A stretch of DNA of 64,000 nt from a bacterium (GCA_963674695.2 CAXXGI010000001.1:160001-224000); one strand, 5' to 3'; numbered from the stretch's first letter, positions 37,674 through 47,920 are shown. Numbers and translations are program-made. Notes: a model not told the origin generated them from the letters alone.

Positions 37674-39116
37674 TCAGTCGTTTGAATCCTCATCCTCCAA
37701 ACCCGCTTCGACGACTTCGCTGATGTCGTCTATGGGGGCGCGCTCGATCGGTGTGTCGGCCTCCAGCACATCCGGCGGCTGCGTCGTGTATTGACGCAGG
37801 GCCTTGGCGACCATGCCGGAGAGCAGCCACAGGGCCAACAAGTTCGGGAAGGCCATCAAGAGATTGGCTGCATCCGCATAGGCCCAAACCGTGGAGATCC
37901 AAGCTGCGGTCGACCCCGCCACCGCCCCCACGAAGAGGATGATGCAGTAGACAAGGCGGAAGGGGATGATGACGCGCGGACCGGCCAGATATTCTGCTGC
38001 GCGATCGCCGTAATAGCTCCAGGAGATGGCCGTCGAGTAGGCAAAGAAGACGATGCCGAAGGTGACGATATACTGCCCGCCGGGAAGGCCCGCTTCGAAG
38101 GCCGCAGACGTGAGCGGCGCGTCGCGCAGACCCGTCTCCCAAAGCCCGCTGGTGATGATGACGAGCGCGGTCATCGTACAGATGACGATCGTGTCGGTGA
38201 AGGGTTCGAGGAGGGCCACCAAGCCCTCGCGCACAGGGATCTTGGTCTTGGCCGCGGCGTGAATGATGGGCGCTGAGCCCAACCCCGCTTCATTGGAGAA
38301 GAGACCGCGCTGCACACCGGCGCGCATGGCGATCATGACCGTCGCACCGATGAAGCCGCCGGTGGCTGCGGTGGCGGAGAAGGCGCGCTCAAAGATAAGG
38401 GCAAATCCCGGAAGGATCGCGCCGGCGTTCAGGCCGAGGATGATGAGGGCGCCGCCGACATAGAAGGCAGCCATCACCGGGACGATCACGGCAGCGACTT
38501 TCCCGATGCGCTTCATCCCGCCAATGATAACGAGCCCCGTCATGATGGCGAGTACGATGCCGCTGGCGATCGGCGGGATGGCGAAGTTCACTTTCAGCAC
38601 CTGCGCCACCTGGTTGGCCTGCACCATGTTGCCGATGCCGAAGCAGGCGAAGACCGTGAAGAGCGCAAAGGCCACGGCCAGGGGTTTGAAGCGATGGCCC
38701 AGCCCCTTTTCGATGTAGTACATCGGCCCGCCCGAAACGGTGCCGTCGCGATGCACCGTGCGATAATGTTGTGAGAGCGTGCACTCGGTGAACTTGATCG
38801 CCATGCCGAGGAAAGCGGTCACCCACATCCAGAAGACGGCACCCGGCCCGCCGATGGCGATGGCGCTGGCCACGCCGGCGATATTGCCCACGCCTACGGT
38901 CGCGGAGAGCGCGCCGCACAGGGCCTTGAAGTGCGTGACATCCCCCGGGTGGTTCGGATCATTATACTTGCCCGCCGTGATCCGAATGCCCTCGACGAAT
39001 CCGCGCAGCTGGACGAAGCGCATGCGAACGGTCAGAAAAATGCCCGTACCCAAAAGGACGACGATGAGTACGGGACCGGTGATCAGTTCCAGGACGCGAT
39101 CGATATGTTCGAGCAT
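37674..39116 (-). CDS. Alanine/glycine:cation symporter (AGCS family)
   Basis: ATVGVGNIAGVA, GGPGAVFWMW, GGPMYY, RGLFSNEAGLGS, DTIVICTMT. Confidence 0.93.
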   Translation of the reverse strand: MLEHIDRVLELITGPVLIVVLLGTGIFLTVRMRFVQLRGFVEGIRITAGKYNDPNHPGDVTHFKALCGALSATVGVGNIAGVASAIAIGGPGAVFWMWVTAFLGMAIKFTECTLSQHYRTVHRDGTVSGGPMYYIEKGLGHRFKPLAVAFALFTVFACFGIGNMVQANQVAQVLKVNFAIPPIASGIVLAIMTGLVIIGGMKRIGKVAAVIVPVMAAFYVGGALIILGLNAGAILPGFALIFERAFSATAATGGFIGATVMIAMRAGVQRGLFSNEAGLGSAPIIHAAAKTKIPVREGLVALLEPFTDTIVICTMTALVIITSGLWETGLRDAPLTSAAFEAGLPGGQYIVTFGIVFFAYSTAISWSYYGDRAAEYLAGPRVIIPFRLVYCIILFVGAVAGSTAAWISTVWAYADAANLLMAFPNLLALWLLSGMVAKALRQYTTQPPDVLEADTPIERAPIDDISEVVEAGLEDEDSND

Positions 39117-39198
39117 GCAGCCCCCTCTCCTGCGAGATATCATCAACTCCTATCGCAATGAAATGAGCGATGCAAATGGAGATCTCCCCTGTCAAAGG

Positions 39199-39340
39199 TG
39201 TCATTCCCGCCCCCGATTCAATCATTCGGGGGTAAACTCCAGCGGGAATCTCGATGGTCACGAAACATCGAGATCCCCGCCTCCGCGGGGATGACAAAAG
39301 ACACTTGGGGATGACAAAAGACACTTGGGGACGACAAAAG
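39199..39340. repeat. CGTC-type REP dimer followed by a 20-bp tandem duplication of its end
   Basis: TGTCATTCCCGC...GCGGGGATGACA then (GGGGATGACAAAAGACACTT) x2.7. Confidence 0.75.
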
Positions 39341-39352
39341 CAGGGAATGATT

Positions 39353-39386
39353 AAAGGAAAGACGGCCATCCGAGAGAATGGCCGTC
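39353..39386 (-). terminator. Putative intrinsic terminator
   Basis: GACGGCCAT...ATGGCCGTC stem with a U-rich tail on the minus strand. Confidence 0.55.
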
Positions 39387-39410
39387 AAAAAATCCACGCT
39401 TGCGTATCCG

Positions 39411-42400
39411 CTACATCGCCGCGACATGGTTTGCAGCGTCGGCATCCGCAGGCAGACACTGCGCCACGGCGATCGATTCGAACATCGCGCTCTCGCGCTT
39501 CATGAGCTGGGCATACTCCACCTCAACCGCGGCCATCTTTGCTTCGCGCTCGACCTCGATCTGGGCGAGCATCTCGTCGCGCTTGGCGAGGATCTTCGCC
39601 TTCTTATCCTCTTTTCGTGCCGTATAGGTCGAACAGGTCTGCATGGTCGGCATGTCCATCCCATGCATCTTCGCCATGTAGAGACCACGACTTGATGCGG
39701 AGGCACTGCACCCGAGTTCATCCTCGACCATATCCTCATCGAGTTTCTCGAGCTTCATCTTGGCCAGCGCCTCGGCTCCTTCGCGCTTGGCCGCATAGAA
39801 GACGTCGAAGGTCTTGAGCGCTCGGATGGTATTGATGCCGGCCTGCTGAAATTCCTCTTTCGTCACGCTCTCGTCGCCCGCCTCCATGCGTTCGAGAATC
39901 GAGTGATAACCGGTGCGGGCGTCACTCCAAAAACCGTCCACCGCGCTCTCGTTGCGCCAACCGTCATAGGCCACGAGCCCATCGGCGAGATACCCGATCA
40001 CGACGAACTCGGCGGTCATCACGGCGATGGAACCGGCGAGCGTGAGCCCTCCCGTCTCACCGGCAGCGGCGAGTCCGCCGACCTTGACGAGCTTCCCCGC
40101 CTTGAGGCCGCGCTGGACCCACTTGAGCTTGTTCGCCATGTTGAGCGCCCCGTGCACGATGCCCACGCCCGCGGCCACGGTCGTGACGTTCGTCGCGATC
40201 GCCTTGGCATTGAACTCGCCCCTGTGCACCATGTCGGCAGCGGTGAGCGCCAGGACCAGCGGCACGGATCGTTTGATGAGCCGTCCAAATCCCGGCGTCG
40301 GTGCAAGAGCGGGGAAACGCGCCATGAATGGTTCGATCATGCGCTGTCCAACGCTTCCGCCGACGGCCAGCGGGCCGTATTCCTTCACAAACCCAAGCGC
40401 GCTGCGCTCGCTGAGCTTCTCCCAGTCGCCGCGAATGATATCCGCACCGATGCCGGCAGCGGCAAAGGGCAACGCCCCCATGCCGATGGCCTTGCCCTCG
40501 CTCACGAAGGCACGCTTCATCCCCGTCATACTCATCGCGCTCAGGTCGAACGGCGCGACATCGAGCACCATCGTCCCATCGGCCTGCACACGCGGAATAT
40601 AGCGGCGTCCATCGCGCGGGTCCTCGATCACATCGCCCGGCTCGAGCATGCGGCATTCCATGCCTTCGCCAGGCTTTCCGCCGGGAGCTTCCCGAGCTGT
40701 GCCTTTTTTCTCAGTTCGCTCCGGCACAGCATCCTCCGGCATCGACTGCTTGGCATCGCCATTGCGAAAGACGACATCCGGATCGACGGAAATGCCGAAC
40801 TCTTTTGCGGTCGCCTCAGCGACATCCACCTTGGTCACCACGATTTCTTTTGCTCCCTCAGGCGATCGATCGATGGCATACTCGATTGCGCTCAGGAGCG
40901 TCTGCTTGACGGCATCGACGCGTGGCCATCCATCCTGATGATGCCAGTATTCCAAACCGACATGCAGCACCGCCTTGACCGCATCAGGCGCCAACTTTAC
41001 GCCGTAATGAGAAGCATACCAGGGGGCGATACCCTTTCTGAGGATCACATCGATAATGGAGACCTGCATCTGTGACACGTTGATCACCGGAGAACGGCGT
41101 TTGAGATCCTTGATCATCGAGAGCAGGACCTTCATATTTTCCGTCGTCGTCGATGCACTCCATCGGCACCACTTTTCCGTCATGACAGGCTTGAGCATGG
41201 CGCCAAGCGATTCGGCGTCGCCGCCGGAATGGCTCCCCACCTTGATGAAGTCAGCGATCTCAGGAAAATAGATTGCCTCGCCCGCCCTCATCGCATCGAT
41301 GAGGACCTGATAGCGCGCCGTCATCTCACCGACGGTCATCTTTCCGCCCTTGGCCGACTGCAGCTTGTTCGGATCAACCTTTCTGAGAATGAGACCCTTA
41401 AGGCCTTTCGGAACACGTGGGTCATTGAGGGCAATCAGCTGTGCCGCGCGCTCGACAACCTTATCCTTACCCACGCCGGAATCACCGACGAGAACAGGGT
41501 TGGCATATTCCGGTCGGGCCAGGCCCTTGAGATATTCGATCGCCTCGGCATCACGCCCATGGATCTCGTTGAGCGCTCGATCTTCCTTGAGCAAACGGCG
41601 TTGTTCCTCGATCATGTCGACCGTGAAGTCCTTGAGACTGGCTTGTTCACCGATCCCCATCAACTTTTCCTGGTGCTTCATCTGACGATCGCCGAGCATC
41701 TTGAAGATAATTCCCATACCAAGCATACTGCCAGCCGACAGAACCGCCTGGAAGATTCTATTCCAAAACATCTGGTCATCTTGTCTCTCTTCCCTCCTGT
41801 CCGACAACGTCTTGCCATACATCACATCTTCGAAATTATCCTGGAGGTATGCACGGAGCTCTTTTCGGCGCGTGCCACCATCCTTATCCCATATGCCGAA
41901 ACCATTGGACGTATCATCCAATGCGGCGATCATGCGGGTGAGGTGATCCTCGTTTCGACTCAACCAGTAGATGCCACGAGGCTTCTCATCGTTGGGGCAC
42001 ATATTTTCTGCAATACAACAGAACGTCTTGTCCGAGAGCCGCATCTCCTCATTCTTGCCCAGCGCAATCGCCTCCGCCTCACTCATGGCGAAGCCCTCGT
42101 CCATCTCCACCACGCCTTTATGGTTGATGGCATTGAAGACGTTTCGGGCCAGCGCACCCGCACTGCCCAACTCGGACTCGCAGGCGAACCAGAGATAGCC
42201 GCCGCTGACACGGTTCGAACGCGTGAGGATGTGGAGACCGTGCTCCGCAAGGATATTCTCCTTGAGCAGAAACGTCGTCTCGGGATATTCGGCCCCCGGT
42301 GTGGCGGGATTGTTCTGATAGATCAGGTCATGCCATCCCGCAGGGACCTCCGCCTTGGGATCGATGAACTGAAATTGCGGCTCCGGCCCCATCGGGTTGG

Positions 42401-42554
42401 GATTGCCGGGGCTCAGCACCATCCCGCCACCCTTGGCGATGATGCGCTTACACCCATGAAAACCCTCTTTGTTATTTTGAGGGTTATAGACGGAATAATC
42501 CTGGGGTTCACAGACCTTCTGTCCCCGGCCGCACTTGTTGGTGTCGCCTGCCAT
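39411..42554 (-). CDS. Large hypothetical protein with a single degenerate ClpA/B-type AAA+ domain and hydrophobic segments
   Basis: IHGRDAE...NPVLVGDSGVGKD..VE..AQ.I...VP..LKG; Walker B region YFPEI; ASTT; KDLKRR; TM-like segments on both sides. Confidence 0.7.
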   Translation of the reverse strand: MAGDTNKCGRGQKVCEPQDYSVYNPQNNKEGFHGCKRIIAKGGGMVLSPGNPNPMGPEPQFQFIDPKAEVPAGWHDLIYQNNPATPGAEYPETTFLLKENILAEHGLHILTRSNRVSGGYLWFACESELGSAGALARNVFNAINHKGVVEMDEGFAMSEAEAIALGKNEEMRLSDKTFCCIAENMCPNDEKPRGIYWLSRNEDHLTRMIAALDDTSNGFGIWDKDGGTRRKELRAYLQDNFEDVMYGKTLSDRREERQDDQMFWNRIFQAVLSAGSMLGMGIIFKMLGDRQMKHQEKLMGIGEQASLKDFTVDMIEEQRRLLKEDRALNEIHGRDAEAIEYLKGLARPEYANPVLVGDSGVGKDKVVERAAQLIALNDPRVPKGLKGLILRKVDPNKLQSAKGGKMTVGEMTARYQVLIDAMRAGEAIYFPEIADFIKVGSHSGGDAESLGAMLKPVMTEKWCRWSASTTTENMKVLLSMIKDLKRRSPVINVSQMQVSIIDVILRKGIAPWYASHYGVKLAPDAVKAVLHVGLEYWHHQDGWPRVDAVKQTLLSAIEYAIDRSPEGAKEIVVTKVDVAEATAKEFGISVDPDVVFRNGDAKQSMPEDAVPERTEKKGTAREAPGGKPGEGMECRMLEPGDVIEDPRDGRRYIPRVQADGTMVLDVAPFDLSAMSMTGMKRAFVSEGKAIGMGALPFAAAGIGADIIRGDWEKLSERSALGFVKEYGPLAVGGSVGQRMIEPFMARFPALAPTPGFGRLIKRSVPLVLALTAADMVHRGEFNAKAIATNVTTVAAGVGIVHGALNMANKLKWVQRGLKAGKLVKVGGLAAAGETGGLTLAGSIAVMTAEFVVIGYLADGLVAYDGWRNESAVDGFWSDARTGYHSILERMEAGDESVTKEEFQQAGINTIRALKTFDVFYAAKREGAEALAKMKLEKLDEDMVEDELGCSASASSRGLYMAKMHGMDMPTMQTCSTYTARKEDKKAKILAKRDEMLAQIEVEREAKMAAVEVEYAQLMKRESAMFESIAVAQCLPADADAANHVAAM

Positions 42555-42596
42555 AGGCACATCTCCTCGAAATGGACGTATCTCCCCCTCACCCCA

Positions 42597-42622
42597 TTAT
42601 CGGCGGATTTTCGGAGAAGTTG
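42597..42622 (-). promoter_or_regulatory. CAAC-N16-CGATAA motif (sigma28-like)
   Basis: Minus strand GCAACTTCTCCGAAAATCCGCCGATAA. Confidence 0.55.
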
Positions 42623-42729
42623 CGCGTTCTTTTAGATTGTCGAAGTGGTGGGAATTAGTTGATTTATTCAACATTCCAGTGCCGCACGTGTCATTTTTGC
42701 GTGTTAGGGCATGTCCTCATTTCACAAGG

Positions 42730-42801
42730 TGTCATTCCCGCGAAAGCGGGAATCTCGCTTATGAACAGTCAATCGAGATCCCCGCTTTCGCGGGGATGAC
42801 A
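42730..42801. repeat. CGTC-type REP dimer
   Basis: TGTCATTCCCGCGAAAGCGGGAATC...GATCCCCGCTTTCGCGGGGATGACA. Confidence 0.85.
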
Positions 42802-42979
42802 AAAACCAAGATCCATTTTGTTTCAGGGGGTTATGGTCAAATGAGGACACGCCCTAGAGGCGAGGCGGGCGAGAATGCGAGGATGACAACTTCCAGGAGA
42901 TCCCTCCACTTCGCCCGATACCGGACTCCGGTCGGGATAACAAGCCCTCCAAGCAGGTGCGCCCTGCCGAGCGCACGAC

Positions 42980-43011
42980 AAAAAAGCGCCCCTGCCAAAA
43001 CAGGGGCGCTT
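42980..43011 (-). terminator. Intrinsic terminator of ndk
   Basis: AAAAAAGCGCCCCTG-CCAAAA-CAGGGGCGCTT. Confidence 0.75.
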
Positions 43012-43018
43012 GCTCTTT

Positions 43019-43053
43019 TTACCGTTCACCGCTTACGGTTCACCGTTCACGGT
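43019..43053. repeat. Heptamer tandem repeat x5
   Basis: ttaccgt tcaccgc ttacggt tcaccgt tcacggt. Confidence 0.7.
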
Positions 43054-43056
43054 CGC

Positions 43057-43491
43057 TCACATCCACTCATAGCTCACGATCTCGTTCGGCTCGAAGAAGT
43101 AGGAGATCTCGAAAGCGGCCGTATCCTTGGCATCTGAGCCATGCACGGCGTTGCGCTCGATGTTGGTGCCGAAATCGCAGCGAATCGTGCCCTCGGCGGC
43201 CTCTTCCGGATTGGTGACCCCGGTCGTCTCGCGCCACTTAGCAATGGCATTCTCGCCCTGCAACACCATGACCACGCACGGCCCTGAGGTCATGAATTTC
43301 ACGAGGCTGCCGAAGAAGGGCTTGTCCTCGTGCACATTATAGAAGCCCTTGGCGCGTGTTTCGTCCAGGTGCAGCATCTTCATGCCGACGATTTGAAGGT
43401 TGGCATCCTCGATGCGCTTGTTGATCTCGCCGATGATACCCTTCTCGAGCGAGTCGGGTTTGATGATCGCCAATGTCCGTTCCACTGCCAT
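43057..43491 (-). CDS. ndk: Nucleoside diphosphate kinase
   Basis: [27 protein letters not shown]. Confidence 0.97.
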   Translation of the reverse strand: MAVERTLAIIKPDSLEKGIIGEINKRIEDANLQIVGMKMLHLDETRAKGFYNVHEDKPFFGSLVKFMTSGPCVVMVLQGENAIAKWRETTGVTNPEEAAEGTIRCDFGTNIERNAVHGSDAKDTAAFEISYFFEPNEIVSYEWM

Positions 43492-43603
43492 GATAGTCTC
43501 CTTTTTTTCGCCCTACCCATTTTGAGCGGCCGAAGCTAGCCCACAACCCTCGATCTTGTAAACGGAATAATGCCTGAAAAACACCTCCAGGAGGAACAAT
43601 CCC

Positions 43604-44482
43604 TCAGGGCGTCCCATCCTTGGACGATTCAGCCTCCTTGGGCTCGAGCGGCGAATCCCCCCCCACACGGGGCAACTCTGCCAGGGGCTTTGTACCGCGC
43701 GCATCGATGCTCTTGAGCCTGGTCTCGATCACCTTCGGATTCGGATAATCGGGCCGGGCTCGCTGGGTCAACGCCTGCGCCGCGCCGAGCATGCCCATCT
43801 CCTCCAGGCAGGTGGCCAGGTGCAGGCGCGCCTCCCCGGCCAGATCCGAAGAGGGGAACTCGCGCAGCAGCGTCTGATAGACCGGCATCGCCTCCTGCGC
43901 GCGCCCCTCCAGGAAGAGGCTCTCGGCATAGACGAACAGGGCCTGCTCGCGCACCCCCTTGGGCGTATCGGAACCCTCCAAAAGGGAGCGCACCTCGGTG
44001 CGCGCCTGGCGCGTCTGCTGCTGCGATACATAGGCGCCCGCGAGCAGTACGCGATAGCGATAGCGGTCGGCGTGATCGGGAAAATAGCGTAACAGCGCAG
44101 AATAATCGGCGATAGCCGCATCGAAATCGCCAAAACGCTCCAGGGTCTGTGCACGGCGTTCGCGGGCGAGCATCGACGCCTCGGAGAGCGGATACTGATC
44201 GATGACCGCGCCATAGGCCTCAGCCGCCGTTCGGGGATCGGCCTTCATCACCCCATGGAGATCGCCGATACGGAGCAACACCCCCGGACGGCGTTCATCC
44301 TTCGGAAAGAGGCGCTCCACCTGGCGATAGACGCGCACCGACCCTTCGACATCGCCCAGACCCAACTTCGCCTCGGCGCGACGCACGCCTTCATCGAAGG
44401 TCTTGGGGCGAAAGCAAGCGGAGGTGGAGAGGATGATGAGGAGGAGAAGAATAGATACGAGACGTGAAAGAGAAGATGGCAT
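43604..44482 (-). CDS. TPR lipoprotein (BamD/CpoB-like repeats)
   Basis: LSTSAC lipobox; repeated Y..(V/L)...(F/Y)P.S..A TPR units. Confidence 0.75.
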   Translation of the reverse strand: MPSSLSRLVSILLLLIILSTSACFRPKTFDEGVRRAEAKLGLGDVEGSVRVYRQVERLFPKDERRPGVLLRIGDLHGVMKADPRTAAEAYGAVIDQYPLSEASMLARERRAQTLERFGDFDAAIADYSALLRYFPDHADRYRYRVLLAGAYVSQQQTRQARTEVRSLLEGSDTPKGVREQALFVYAESLFLEGRAQEAMPVYQTLLREFPSSDLAGEARLHLATCLEEMGMLGAAQALTQRARPDYPNPKVIETRLKSIDARGTKPLAELPRVGGDSPLEPKEAESSKDGTP

Positions 44483-44494
44483 ATTCTTAAGCTG

Positions 44495-44579
44495 GTCACC
44501 CCCGAGTGGTGTTGTCGGGGGTCCAGTCCATGTTGAACAAACAAGACTGGATCCCCGATTCAGACTCTCGGGGATGACA
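44495..44579. repeat. CGTC-type REP dimer
   Basis: GTCACCCCCGAG...CGGGGGTCCAGT / ACTGGATCCCCGA...CTCGGGGATGACA. Confidence 0.75.
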
Positions 44580-44633
44580 GTCCAAAAACCAGGTTATCCG
44601 ATGTGCTCACTATGATAGTATAACGGATTCAAT

Positions 44634-44703
44634 CGCCCTTCGCCCTTCGCCCTTCGCCCTTCGCCCTTCGCCCTTCGCCCTTCGCCCTTCGCCCTTCGCC
44701 CTT
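44634..44703. repeat. Perfect heptamer microsatellite (CGCCCTT)x10
   Basis: Read directly; abuts the gyrA stop codon. Confidence 0.95.
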
Positions 44704-47138
44704 CACTCCTCACCATCGTCTTCGACCACCTTTGCCACGGTGACGAGTTTTTCGTCTTTGCCCAGCGTGATCAGGCGCACGCCCTGCGTGTTGCGACCGA
44801 TCTTGGAGATCTCTTTCGCGCTCGAACGAATGATCTTGCCGCCATCGGTGACGATCATGATGTCGTCGGCGTCGGTCACCTGCAGCACGGCACAGACCGG
44901 CCCGTTGCGTTCAGCGACCTTGAGCGTGATGATGCCGGAGCCACCGCGCGACTGCACCCGATATTCGTCGAGTTCGCTGCGCTTGCCGTATCCGCGCTCG
45001 GTCACGGTGAGAATCGAGGCATCGGTCTCGAGCACCTCCATGCCGACGACCTCGTCCCCCTTGCGCAACGAAATACCGCGCACGCCACGCGCGGTGCGGC
45101 CCATGGCGCGAACATTCTTCTCATCGAAACGAATGGCCTGACCTTTCTTGGTGGTCAGAAAAATATGATGACCGCCGCTGGTCAGGCTCACGGAGATGAG
45201 GGCGTCGTCATCGTCGATGGTCGTGGCGATGATGCCGCCTGAACGCGGGTTGGCATAGGACATCAGATCGGTCTTTTTCACCACACCGTTGCGCGTGGCC
45301 ATGATGATGAACTGCCCCTCCTCGAACGCCTTCACCGACAGGATCGCTGCGATGCGATCGGTGCTGGGCATGTGGATGAGGTTGGTGATGGCCTGTCCGC
45401 GCGCAGCACGCCCCACCTGCGGAATCTCGTGAACCTTCAGCCAATAGACCCGGCCCGATGCCGTGAAGACCATCACATAGCTATGCGTCGAAGCGATAAA
45501 GAGATCGGAGACAAAGTCCTCCGAGCGCGTCGACATGCCGGTCTTGCCGCGGCCGCCGCGGCGCTGCGCGCGATAGACGCTGATCGGATTGCGCTTGATA
45601 TAGCCGCTGTGGGAGACGGTGACGACCATCTCCTCCTCCTGGATGAGATCTTCGACCGAGAGATCGTCGACCTTGCCCTGAATCTCGGTGCGCCGCGCAT
45701 CGGCGAACTTTGTGCGCACCTCGGAGAGCTCTTCGCGGATGAGTTTATAGACGAGTTTTTCATCGGCCAAAATCGCTTTCAGTTCGGCGATGAGTCCCTG
45801 AATGGCCTTGTATTCGGCGATGATCTTTTCGCGCTCAAGGCCGGTGAGGCGCTGCAAGCGCATTTCGAGAACGGCCTGCGCCTGAATCTCGGTGAACGTG
45901 AAGCGCTTGATGAGGGCGACCCGTGCAATCGATGGTTCCTTCGATTTCTTGATGAGCGCGATGACCTCGTCGATATTTTCGACGGCAATTTTGAGGCCCT
46001 CCAAGATGTGCGCACGCGCCTCCGCCTTTTTCAGCTCGAACGTGGTGCGCCGCACGACCACATCTTTGCGATGATCGAGGAAGAGCCGTAGCATCTCGAT
46101 GAGTCCCATGACCTTCGGCTGGCCGCCCACGATTGCCAAAAAGATAATACCAAACCCTGTCTTCATGGCCGTATGGGCATAGAGCTGGTTGAGCACCACG
46201 CCCGCCACGACGCCGCGTTTGAGTTCTATGACGATGCGCATGCCATCGCGATCGGATTCGTCGCGCAGATCGGAGATGCCCTCGAGTTTACCCTGTTTGA
46301 TGAGATCGGCGATGCGCTCGATGAGGCGCGACTTGTTGACCTGATAGGGAATCTCGGTGACCACGATACACTCGCGATCACCACGCGCCATGGGCTCGAT
46401 GGCCGCACGCGCTCGAATGGAAAGCTGGCCGCGCCCGGTCTCGTACGCCTTGGCGATCCCCTCGCGCCCACAGATGAACGCGCTGGTCGGAAAGTCCGGG
46501 CCGGGGATGATCCGCATGAGCTCCTTGAGCGTAATTTCAGGCTTGTCGATCATGGCGATACAACCGTCGACCACCTCACCCAGATTGTGCGGCGGAATTT
46601 TGGTGGCCATGCCCACGGCGATGCCATCGGAGCCGTTCACCAGCAAGCCCGGAACGCGGGTGGGCAGCACGGTGGGCTCCACCGTGGTGTCGTCGAAGTT
46701 CGGGATGAAGGCGACCGTCTCTTTATCGATGTCGGCCAAATATTCTTCGGCGATGGCCTTCAAACGCGCTTCGGTATAGCGGTAAGCGGCTGCTGGGTCG
46801 CCATCGATCGAACCGAAGTTTCCTTGCCCATCGATGAGCGGATAGCGAAGAGACCAACTCTGCGCCATGCGCACGAGGGTATCGTAGACCGAGGCATCGC
46901 CATGCGGATGGTATTTCTTGAGCACTTCACCCACGACACCGGCGCACTTGGAGAAGCGCTTGTTCGAAAGCAATCCTTCGCGATACATCGCATAGAGAAC
47001 GCGACGATGCGCAGGCTTGAGGCCATCGCGCACGTCAGGGATCGCGCGCCCGATGATCACGCTCATGGCGTAATCGAGATACGATCCCTTCATCTCGTCT
47101 TCGATATTGATCGGCAGAACTTCAGCGGCGTTTTTCAT
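44703..47138 (-). CDS. gyrA: DNA gyrase subunit A
   Basis: SYLDYAMSVI, YHPHGD, AAYRYTEARL catalytic Tyr, GyrA-box QRRGGRG; alternative start 47144. Confidence 0.97.
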   Translation of the reverse strand: MKNAAEVLPINIEDEMKGSYLDYAMSVIIGRAIPDVRDGLKPAHRRVLYAMYREGLLSNKRFSKCAGVVGEVLKKYHPHGDASVYDTLVRMAQSWSLRYPLIDGQGNFGSIDGDPAAAYRYTEARLKAIAEEYLADIDKETVAFIPNFDDTTVEPTVLPTRVPGLLVNGSDGIAVGMATKIPPHNLGEVVDGCIAMIDKPEITLKELMRIIPGPDFPTSAFICGREGIAKAYETGRGQLSIRARAAIEPMARGDRECIVVTEIPYQVNKSRLIERIADLIKQGKLEGISDLRDESDRDGMRIVIELKRGVVAGVVLNQLYAHTAMKTGFGIIFLAIVGGQPKVMGLIEMLRLFLDHRKDVVVRRTTFELKKAEARAHILEGLKIAVENIDEVIALIKKSKEPSIARVALIKRFTFTEIQAQAVLEMRLQRLTGLEREKIIAEYKAIQGLIAELKAILADEKLVYKLIREELSEVRTKFADARRTEIQGKVDDLSVEDLIQEEEMVVTVSHSGYIKRNPISVYRAQRRGGRGKTGMSTRSEDFVSDLFIASTHSYVMVFTASGRVYWLKVHEIPQVGRAARGQAITNLIHMPSTDRIAAILSVKAFEEGQFIIMATRNGVVKKTDLMSYANPRSGGIIATTIDDDDALISVSLTSGGHHIFLTTKKGQAIRFDEKNVRAMGRTARGVRGISLRKGDEVVGMEVLETDASILTVTERGYGKRSELDEYRVQSRGGSGIITLKVAERNGPVCAVLQVTDADDIMIVTDGGKIIRSSAKEISKIGRNTQGVRLITLGKDEKLVTVAKVVEDDGEE

Positions 47139-47367
47139 CGACATCCTCTCTTACGTATTCGGGAAATGGCGGGCGATTGTGCCATTTGCCCGTAAAAAGT
47201 CAACGGGAAGTTCACTCAAAAACAAGAGGGGAATGCCCGGGAAACGCCTGATAATAGGAGATCTGCGGCGACGCCCCCATTCGCCCTGCCCGCGCTGTAT
47301 TCATGAAGATATCCACAGGGGACTCCCCGCAAGCCCTGTACAGATCGCCCTTTCTCGCTTTTTTTAT

Positions 47368-47396
47368 TTGACAGGTCGAGGTCGGATGCGTACTCT
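47368..47396 (+). promoter_or_regulatory. sigma70-type promoter for hup
   Basis: TTGACA-N17-TACTCT. Confidence 0.65.
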
Positions 47397-47485
47397 TGCG
47401 TTCAACGGACGGCTGCAAATGCACGTCCATCCAGGGCTGGCAGCGCACCACCGTCTGAATCCATGACCAGAAAGGGGGTGACATC

Positions 47486-47758
47486 ATGACCAAGGCCGAA
47501 CTCATCAATTACATCGCGAAGGACTGCAAGATCTCGAAGGCGCTGGCAGAGAACGTGCTGAACTCGGTGACGCACAATGTCTCGAAGTGCTTGCGCAAGA
47601 AAGACAAGATCACGCTGACCGGTTTCGGGACGTTCTACGTCACGAAGCGTCGCGCGCGTACGGGCCGTAACCCGCAGACGGGTGCGGAGATCAACATCAA
47701 GGCTCGCAGCGTTCCGCGTTTTAAGCCGGGCAAGCAGTTGAAGGACTGGGTTTCGTAA
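47486..47758 (+). CDS. hup: DNA-binding protein HU
   Basis: MTKAELI, GFGTF, RTGRNPQTG, VPRFKPGKQLKD. Confidence 0.95.
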   Translation: MTKAELINYIAKDCKISKALAENVLNSVTHNVSKCLRKKDKITLTGFGTFYVTKRRARTGRNPQTGAEINIKARSVPRFKPGKQLKDWVS

Positions 47759-47780
47759 AGACATCGTTCTCGAAGAGTTT

Positions 47781-47815
47781 AAAAAAGGCACTCCCTACTC
47801 GGAGTGCCTTTTTTT
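47781..47815. terminator. Bidirectional intrinsic terminator
   Basis: AAAAAAGGCACTCC-CTACTC-GGAGTGCCTTTTTTT. Confidence 0.85.
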
Positions 47816-47827
47816 ATATGTGTGAGC

Positions 47828-47917
47828 TGTCATCCTGAGCGAGGCCGGAACGGACGAGTCGAAGGATCCCATGAGATCCCTCCACGCACTCGCATTGCTC
47901 GCTTGGTCGGGATGACA
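47828..47917. repeat. CGTC-type REP dimer (GTCATCCTGAGC subfamily)
   Basis: TGTCATCCTGAGCGAG...GAAGGATCCC / GATCCCTCCAC...CGGGATGACA. Confidence 0.7.
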
Positions 47918-47920
47918 GAA

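Noticed and set aside
47200-47480. Replication origin between gyrA and hup
   Set aside because: Only one imperfect DnaA-box-like 9-mer (ATATCCACA) seen; no DUE, no dnaA
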